A DNA stretch of 64,000 nt, taken from assembly GCA_007127715.1 (NCBI GenBank), contig SKYU01000009.1, positions 2,411-66,410 on the forward strand, in the 5' to 3' direction. The position numbers and the translations under genes are program-made. Positions 58,124-64,000 of the stretch are shown here, piece by piece. This DNA is from Gammaproteobacteria bacterium. GTDB lineage: Bacteria > Pseudomonadota > Gammaproteobacteria > Steroidobacterales > PWYM01. The notes under the pieces were generated by a model. It worked only from the letters and a program-made list of their open reading frames with translations. It was not told where the DNA came from and made no database searches. Position 1 is the first letter of the stretch. Each line of letters opens with the position of its first letter.

Positions 58124-59617
58124 TTACGACAGCGCATGCCGGGCCGCGGCACGGCCGCTGATCATCGCCTCGGTCAGATAGCTGCCGTTCTGGTAGAGAT
58201 CGGACACCATCGAGCCCAGCTCCCCGGCCTCGTACAGCCCCGGAATCGGCGCATGGTCGTGATCGAGCACCTGCGAGTGCTGGTTACGGCGGGCACCGCC
58301 GCCGGTGCAGACGACTGCAGGGGCGATCCGTACGGCATGGTAGGGCGGCGTGGCCAGGGGCATCAGCGTCGCGGGGTCACGGCCGAACTCCGCGTCCGCA
58401 CCCTCGGCACAGGCGGCGTTGTAGCGCTCGACGGTGGCCCGAACGGCAGCCGGATCCCGCCCCATGGCCTCGGCCAGGGCCTCGATGCTGTCGGCGCGCA
58501 GAATCCACCCGCGTTCGATCTCGGCGCTGTTGTCCTCGCTCCAGTCATAGCCCAGGACCACCGGATTCCAGCTCATCACCGTTGTGATCAGGCGGTTGTG
58601 CATGCGGGTGGTCTCGTCGAACAGCATGTGCACGGGGCCTGCGCGATGATGCGGTGTATCCACCCAGTGCCCGTGGCGCTTTTCCTTGTAATGGGTGAGC
58701 TGCAGCTCGGCGGTCTCGTTGTAGAAGCGCCGGTCATCGGCGGCGATCTCCAGCCAGCTGAAGCTCTGCCAGAAGAAAGTTCGAAGGAACGCGGTGTCGT
58801 ACTCCGGCACCTGAATACCCGGCCAGATACCGCTGGACTGTCCCTGGTTGCGCATGTGCCAGAGCGAGGCCCCGGCCTTCTGCAACAGGCGGATGCCGTC
58901 GCCGGTGTTGTGCGGGGTGCCGAGCGGCCAGGCCTCGGCGAGCCCGTAGTAGTTGCGCTGCATGTCCAGGCTGGCCTCGTAGCCGCCCATCGCCAGCACC
59001 ACACCGCGGTGCGCCCGCACCGCCAGGCGCCGGTCGCCCTGCGCGATGATCGCCCCCAGCACCTCGAGGGTGTCGGGGTCCTGCACCAGGTCCACGACCG
59101 CAGTCTCATAGCGGCGTTCGATCCGCTCGCGCAGGCGGACGTTGGCATCGAAGGCCAGCCAGACACCACTGGGAATCGGCAGGATCGTGGCCGTATAGGC
59201 CACGGCCGCGCGGGCGCCGAACTCCGGAAACTCCAGCACCGCGTCACGCTCGCTGAAGCCCGTCCCGCGGATGAACTCGGCGCCCGCCTCGCTGGCCCGC
59301 GCCTGGATCCAGGGCTCAAGCCCGACCATCTCCTCGGCCCACCACTGCAGCATCTCCTCGGGCACCGGATTGGCCCGGCTCATGGCCCGCTGGTAGTCGG
59401 CCAGTGCCCTGGCGTCGTGCGAGATGAGCAGCGACTGGCCCGCCACCCGGCTGTTGCCGCCCGCTTCGGCTTCCGGGGCCTTCTCGCAGATCAGGATCCG
59501 CGCGTCGGGCGAGAGGTCGTGAGCCTCGATGGCCGCACAGGCACCCGCCAGCCCGTATCCGGCGATCAGCAGATCGGTCTCGATATCCCAGGTGTCGACG
59601 GCGGCAGGGCTGGCCAT
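58124..59617 (-). CDS. FAD-dependent oxidoreductase, FAD_binding_2 class (KstD / TcuA / fumarate-reductase flavoprotein-like)
   Basis: DLLIAGYGLAGACAAIEA dinucleotide fold, AGGNSRVAGQ, C-terminal GLYEAGELG. 497 aa. Confidence 0.8.
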   Translation of the reverse strand: MASPAAVDTWDIETDLLIAGYGLAGACAAIEAHDLSPDARILICEKAPEAEAGGNSRVAGQSLLISHDARALADYQRAMSRANPVPEEMLQWWAEEMVGLEPWIQARASEAGAEFIRGTGFSERDAVLEFPEFGARAAVAYTATILPIPSGVWLAFDANVRLRERIERRYETAVVDLVQDPDTLEVLGAIIAQGDRRLAVRAHRGVVLAMGGYEASLDMQRNYYGLAEAWPLGTPHNTGDGIRLLQKAGASLWHMRNQGQSSGIWPGIQVPEYDTAFLRTFFWQSFSWLEIAADDRRFYNETAELQLTHYKEKRHGHWVDTPHHRAGPVHMLFDETTRMHNRLITTVMSWNPVVLGYDWSEDNSAEIERGWILRADSIEALAEAMGRDPAAVRATVERYNAACAEGADAEFGRDPATLMPLATPPYHAVRIAPAVVCTGGGARRNQHSQVLDHDHAPIPGLYEAGELGSMVSDLYQNGSYLTEAMISGRAAARHALS

Positions 59618-59698
59618 GGTGAGGTCCCCTCAGACTGAACGGTCTGAACAGGCTAGGCCGCAGCCACAGCCTGGCGCCAACGAAAAATGGTGCGTTTG

Positions 59699-59713
59699 AC
59701 AACCTGAAGTTGT
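59699..59713. promoter_or_regulatory. Candidate LysR-type operator in the divergent promoter region
   Basis: Palindrome ACAAC-N5-GTTGT within T-N11-A-like context. It overlaps a TTGACA hexamer (59696-59701), between the flavoprotein operon and the LysR gene. Confidence 0.3.
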
Positions 59714-59750
59714 AGCTTAAGGCACTCGGGTGTCATTCAGAACCTTGGTC

Positions 59751-60662
59751 ATGCAACTGCAGCAGCTCCGCTATTTTCTGGCTGTGGTCGAGTACGGTGG
59801 CTTCTCACGCGCCGCGGAGGCCCTCGGCCGCACGCAGCAGGCCTTGTCCAAGGGCATCCAGGCTCTCGAGGACACCCTGGGCGTGCGCCTGCTGGAGCGC
59901 GGCAGCCGGGTCGCACGGCCCACGGTGTTCGGTCAGCTGCTGCTGGAGCCTGCCCGGGCCATCGACCATGAACTGTCGGTCTTTCGAAGTCGTCTGGCCG
60001 AGGCGCTGGAAGCCGCCTCCGGACGGGTCCACGTCGGCGCGAGCCCCACGGCCGCCGCGCTGCTGGTGGCCGACGCCGTAACTGCCGTAAGACGGCGACT
60101 GCCGGCGCTGCGCATCGAGGTGGTGACCGGCCTGCAGCATCAGCTGCTCTCCCGCCTGCTGCAGGGTGAACTGGATCTATGCGTCGGCGTGGACACACGC
60201 GACGCCGAACCCCAGGGGGTCATCCGCGAAGTCCTCGTGCACGAGCACTACCGGGTCATCGCCGCGGCCGATCATCCGCTGGCGCGCGAGCCTGCCCCCG
60301 ACCACATGGCGCTGACCACCTGGCCCTGGCTGCGGGGGAGCAATCTCGGCGTGGTCGAAGAGCTTTTCCGCGAAGGCTTCGAGAAGCGCGGGCTGGTGCC
60401 GCCCGAGCCGGTGCTGGAGACCGATTCGCTCGAGCTGGTGCGCACGCTGCTGGCGAGTGATCACTACCTCTGCCTGATGCCCCAGGGGCTTGTCCGACCT
60501 GAGCTCGAGCACGGACAGCTGATCGCCCTGGGCGGTAGCGACCTGTCGTGGGCCCGGCCGATCTCGATGGCCTACCGGGCCGACGCCTCACCGCCGCCGC
60601 CGGCGCTGACCCTGGCACGGGCCCTGCACGAGGCGGCCGACGCCCTCCGCGACCGGCGTTGA
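59751..60662 (+). CDS. LysR-family transcriptional regulator
   Basis: MQLQQLRYFLAVVEYGGFSRAAEALGRTQQALSKGIQALE wHTH. 303 aa. ATG at 59751 (GTG at 59730 is possible). Confidence 0.9.
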   Translation: MQLQQLRYFLAVVEYGGFSRAAEALGRTQQALSKGIQALEDTLGVRLLERGSRVARPTVFGQLLLEPARAIDHELSVFRSRLAEALEAASGRVHVGASPTAAALLVADAVTAVRRRLPALRIEVVTGLQHQLLSRLLQGELDLCVGVDTRDAEPQGVIREVLVHEHYRVIAAADHPLAREPAPDHMALTTWPWLRGSNLGVVEELFREGFEKRGLVPPEPVLETDSLELVRTLLASDHYLCLMPQGLVRPELEHGQLIALGGSDLSWARPISMAYRADASPPPPALTLARALHEAADALRDRR

Positions 60663-60710
60663 GCTTGAGCCACCGGGACAGGCTGAAACGGATCCCGGCG
60701 GCAGGGCTCG

Positions 60711-61229
60711 TCAGTCCTCGCGCGTAGCCGACGCGCCCGTTGCAGCCGTCAGCGCGGTGACATCGATTTCCACGGCCATACCGGGCACCGCCAGCGCAGA
60801 GACGCCGACCACGCTGGAGGCCGGTCGCGCCTCGGGCGGGAAAAAGGCCCGGACCGCCGCGTAGATCGGCGATGGATCGATGTTCTCGAGGTCGACGATG
60901 TAGAGCACGATGCGCACGACATCCGCGGGGGAGGCATCCGCCGCCGTCAGCGCGATCGCCACCTTCTCGAACATGATTCGGGCCTGCTCACCGAGATCCT
61001 CGGGCACACTGCCGTCCGCCGCGATCCCCCCCTGCCCGGCCACGAACACCCAACGCCCACCGCCCTCGGCGGTGACGACCTGCGCATAGCCCTGAGGCAG
61101 GCTCAGGCCGGGCGGATTGATCCGTTCCAGTTGCGGTGCGTCGGCCGCCTGCGCCACAGTCGACGCCGGCAGTGCGACTGTCAGTCCGGCCATCAGTGCC
61201 GACACCACAACTGTTGTCCCGGTCCGCAT
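60711..61229 (-). CDS. RidA/YjgF/UK114 family protein with N-terminal signal peptide
   Basis: Signal MRTGTTVVVSALMAGLTVALPASTVAQA|AD. Then a RidA-like core (VFVAGQGG...ADVVRIVLYIVD...VEIDVTA). Confidence 0.75.
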   Translation of the reverse strand: MRTGTTVVVSALMAGLTVALPASTVAQAADAPQLERINPPGLSLPQGYAQVVTAEGGGRWVFVAGQGGIAADGSVPEDLGEQARIMFEKVAIALTAADASPADVVRIVLYIVDLENIDPSPIYAAVRAFFPPEARPASSVVGVSALAVPGMAVEIDVTALTAATGASATRED

Positions 61230-61265
61230 ATCCTTCCCCCTGCGCCGCTGACGCGGGCGCGGGTT

Positions 61266-62096
61266 TCAATGCATCTCGACCCCGCCGCTCACGTTCATCG
61301 CCTCACCGGTGATGTAAGCGGCCGCCTCGGAACAGAGAAACGCCACCGCGTTGGCCGTGTCGCTCGGCAGACCCACGCGGCGCATCGGGATGTTGTTGCG
61401 CATCTGGGCAAGATAATCCTCGACGCTCAGGCCCTTGAAGCGCGCGAAGTACTCGTTCTGCACCGAACCGAGCCCGGTGGTCACATGGTTGGGGCACACC
61501 GCGTTGACCGTGATGCCGTGAGGGCCGAGTTCAACGGCAGTCGTGCGCGTCAGGCCGACCATGCCGTGCTTGGACGAGACATATGCGCTCATGTGCGGGT
61601 GGCCCGACTTGGCCGCCTGACTGGCGATATTGATGATCCGCCCGCCCTCGCCCTGCTTGATCATCTGGCGCGCGGCGTGCTTGGTACACAGGAACGCGCC
61701 CATCAGGTTGACCTCGAGCACCGCGGTCCACTCCTCGCGCGTCATCTCCGTGACGGGCTTGATCAGATACCCGATGCCTGCATTGTTGACCAGGATGTCC
61801 AGCCGCCCGAAGGCCTCGACCGTTTTCGCCACCGCGGCCTCGACCTGCGCCTCGTCGCGCACATCGAGCGGCACGGTGATGGCCTCGCCACCCGCGCGAC
61901 GGATGTCCTCGGCCACCGCTTCCATCTCGTCGCTGCTGCCGATGTGCTCGGCGCCCATGTGAGTCTGAGGCGTCCCGAGATCGGTCACCACCACGCGCGC
62001 GCCATCGGCGGCCAGCTGCTTGAGAATCGCCTCGCCCAGGCCCTCGCGCCGTCCGGCGCCGGTACACAGGGCTACTTTGCCCTTCAGATCAGCCAT
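61266..62096 (-). CDS. Short-chain dehydrogenase/reductase (SDR)
   Basis: CTGAGRREGLG cofactor site, NNAG, catalytic YVSSKHG. Confidence 0.88.
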   Translation of the reverse strand: MADLKGKVALCTGAGRREGLGEAILKQLAADGARVVVTDLGTPQTHMGAEHIGSSDEMEAVAEDIRRAGGEAITVPLDVRDEAQVEAAVAKTVEAFGRLDILVNNAGIGYLIKPVTEMTREEWTAVLEVNLMGAFLCTKHAARQMIKQGEGGRIINIASQAAKSGHPHMSAYVSSKHGMVGLTRTTAVELGPHGITVNAVCPNHVTTGLGSVQNEYFARFKGLSVEDYLAQMRNNIPMRRVGLPSDTANAVAFLCSEAAAYITGEAMNVSGGVEMH

Positions 62097-62126
62097 GCTG
62101 AATTCTCCAGATAGAGTGTCGTTGAA

Positions 62127-62882
62127 TCAGGGGCCGTAGTGCAGCTCTACGGTCTCATAGACGGTCTGCATGTACCCGCCGGCCTGGGCCTTCAGGAACA
62201 GGAACTCCCCGTCGTTGGTGCACCAGACGTCGTAGTCCGGGTGCTCCTGGGGAAGGCCGGGTGCGGAGACGAAGCGGAAATGCAGTGCATCGAACCGCCC
62301 GGCTTCGACCTCCAGCACCTCCTCGCCGACGTACTCCATGCCCATGCCGATGCGAAACAGCATGGGCCCCGTCGCGCCGCGGTGATCCGGCGAGCTGAGC
62401 AGCACGGTGTCGATGCCCTGGATGCCTGGTCCCTGGCTTCGGTCATACAGCCGGAAGTGCCACGAATCGCAGACGATGGCGTGGTTCTGGAACGTCAGCA
62501 GCGGAGCGTCGAGCTCCATGCGCTGGTGTACCCGCCCCTCGTGAGCGGTCCAGGCCTCGCACTCCGCGTGATCAGGTGCGAAGCGAAACCACGCCGAACC
62601 CATGAACCGGTCACCGACGCTCAGACGCACGGAACAATCCGTCGGCAGCCAGTCGGCATCGAGACCATAGACAATATCGCGCATGACATTCGGACGGTCA
62701 TCGATTTCGCAGTGGGCGCTGGCGGTCCGCTTGCCGTCGCTGTGCGTGGTGATCAAGAAATACTCGCGACCACGCTCTTCGCCCTTACGCTCGGGCTTGT
62801 TGCTGGTGTAGCGGATAGTCCCGCGGACGAAGCGGTGATCCCGCTGGATGATGGGCAATGCTGCCTTGTCGTCGCTGCTCAC
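62127..62882 (-). CDS. Hypothetical protein (251 aa), no recognised family
   Basis: Codon usage matches the neighbours. Tightly spaced between the CoA-transferase and SDR genes on the same strand. Confidence 0.55.
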   Translation of the reverse strand: MSSDDKAALPIIQRDHRFVRGTIRYTSNKPERKGEERGREYFLITTHSDGKRTASAHCEIDDRPNVMRDIVYGLDADWLPTDCSVRLSVGDRFMGSAWFRFAPDHAECEAWTAHEGRVHQRMELDAPLLTFQNHAIVCDSWHFRLYDRSQGPGIQGIDTVLLSSPDHRGATGPMLFRIGMGMEYVGEEVLEVEAGRFDALHFRFVSAPGLPQEHPDYDVWCTNDGEFLFLKAQAGGYMQTVYETVELHYGP

Positions 62883-62909
62883 ATGTCCTCCACTGCGTAT
62901 TCAGGGGTT

Positions 62910-64000
62910 TCAGATGATGCCGTCCTCGCGCAGTGCGCGGATGTCTTCGGCCGTGAATCCTGCCTCTTTCAGCAGGGCCTCGCTGTTGGCGCCGAGTGGC
63001 GGGCAGGCCTCACCGCTGAGGCGCTCGCCGTCGAGGCGAATGGGGTTTCGCAGGGTGCGAAGGCTGCCGGCCAGCGGATGGGCCACGTCCTGGAGCATTC
63101 CCACTTCGCGCACGAAGGCGTTGTCGAGGGCCTGGGGCAGATCGAGCACCGGGCCAACCGGCAGCCTGCCCTGCAGTGCCTCCAGCCACTCGGCGGTGGT
63201 GCGCTTGCGAAACTCTGCATCGAGCACTTCGGTGAGCGCGTCGCGGTGGGTCCGTCGGGCGGCCATGTCGGTGAACTCCGGGCGGGCTGCGAGATCCTCA
63301 CGTCCCATCGCCTGGATGAGTTCCTGCCAGAACCGCTCGAGCATGCACATCACGAAGATCCAGCCATCGGCGGTCGGAAACAGCTGCGTCGGCACGGTCG
63401 AGGGATGTGCGCTGCGGGGCAGTCGGCCGGTGACCTCGCCGGCGTTGAGATACCAGGTGGCGGGATAGCTCAGCTGGTGCAGGGCGACGTCGAACAGGCT
63501 GACGTCGACATCGCGGCCCTCGCCATGTTCGCGCGCGGCCATCACCGCCGCCAGCAGCCCCAGTGCACAGGTGATGCCGGTCATGAAGTCGATGATCGAG
63601 AGCCCGAAGCGTGCCGGCGGGCTGTCGGGCTCGCCGGTCAGCCCCATGAACCCCGCCTCGGCCTGCATCAGGTAATCGAACCCCGGCCAGGCCGTGCGGG
63701 CATTGTCGCGCCCATACGCCGAGAGATGTGCGCAGACCAGCCGCGGGTTATGCGCGCGCAGTGCCGGGTAGGTCAGGCCGAGTTTCTCGGGCTGATCGCC
63801 CTTGAGGTTGTTGAGCAGCGCATCGGCGCCAGCCACCAGCCGATGCAGCACCGCCTGACCGCGTGCGGATTTCAGATCGAGTGTGAGGCTGCGCTTGTTG
63901 AGGTTGAAGGTCTGGAAATACTGGCTGTCGGCCTCGCCGAGCTCGTGCGGGCCCACCTGTCGCGAGGCATCGCCCCGGCCGGGCGCCTCCAGCTTGATGA
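62910..64000 (-). CDS. Type III (CaiB/BaiF family) CoA-transferase, 5' end beyond the window
   Basis: The frame stays open to the window edge (..IKLEAPGRGDASRQVGPHE..). NLNKRSLTLDLKS, ADALLNNLKG, LSAYG motifs. Confidence 0.85.
   Translation of the reverse strand, partial: IKLEAPGRGDASRQVGPHELGEADSQYFQTFNLNKRSLTLDLKSARGQAVLHRLVAGADALLNNLKGDQPEKLGLTYPALRAHNPRLVCAHLSAYGRDNARTAWPGFDYLMQAEAGFMGLTGEPDSPPARFGLSIIDFMTGITCALGLLAAVMAAREHGEGRDVDVSLFDVALHQLSYPATWYLNAGEVTGRLPRSAHPSTVPTQLFPTADGWIFVMCMLERFWQELIQAMGREDLAARPEFTDMAARRTHRDALTEVLDAEFRKRTTAEWLEALQGRLPVGPVLDLPQALDNAFVREVGMLQDVAHPLAGSLRTLRNPIRLDGERLSGEACPPLGANSEALLKEAGFTAEDIRALREDGII

Noticed and set aside
56717-59638. 973-aa plus-strand ORF
   Set aside because: It is antisense to the dctP, small ORF and FAD-oxidoreductase genes. 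It has no recognisable domains and is an R/G/P-rich shadow frame.

Overview
High-GC, almost fully coding chromosomal window, gammaproteobacterial by gene content and synteny. Most of it is conserved housekeeping. Left to right: uvrC (3' part), pgsA and a tRNA Gly-Cys-Leu operon. Then a two-gene module of a pseudo-ATPase/FHA protein and a CapK/PaaK-type adenylating enzyme. Then a complete System I cytochrome c maturation operon (ccmABCDEFGHI) that runs by overlapping stop/start codons into a rimB-like protease, rimK and an AstE/AspA-type zinc hydrolase. Next come a GAF-GGDEF(degenerate)-EAL protein and a lower-GC islet with an internally duplicated membrane protein and an IS91-type transposase remnant. 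After these: a CpcT-like protein, a hook-less SbcD/SbcC-like (YhaO/YhaN-type) pair, MFS, M20 peptidase, 2-hydroxyacid dehydrogenase, acs, FNR, a TIR-like protein, EEP-FadB and a cNMP-rhodanese protein. The pilZ-holB-tmk-mltG-pabC-pabB-fabF-acpP-fabG-fabD block follows. A rhombosortase-like rhomboid sits divergent from gspGHIJKLMN, a T2SS operon with no gspCDEF. The right end holds an alaA-like gene and a LysR-associated catabolic island (flavoproteins, orphan DctP binding protein, MFS, SDR, RidA, type III CoA-transferase). I saw no CRISPR array, rRNA, intact mobile element or prophage. No candidate is demonstrably a new system from sequence alone. The best leads are the ExeA-like/FHA + adenylating-enzyme pair, the RimK writer/eraser-like module, the DctP+MFS pairing inside a bai-like enzyme set, the rhombosortase-T2SS adjacency, and the hook-less SbcCD-like pair. 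All product calls come from motif recognition by eye; no searches were run.
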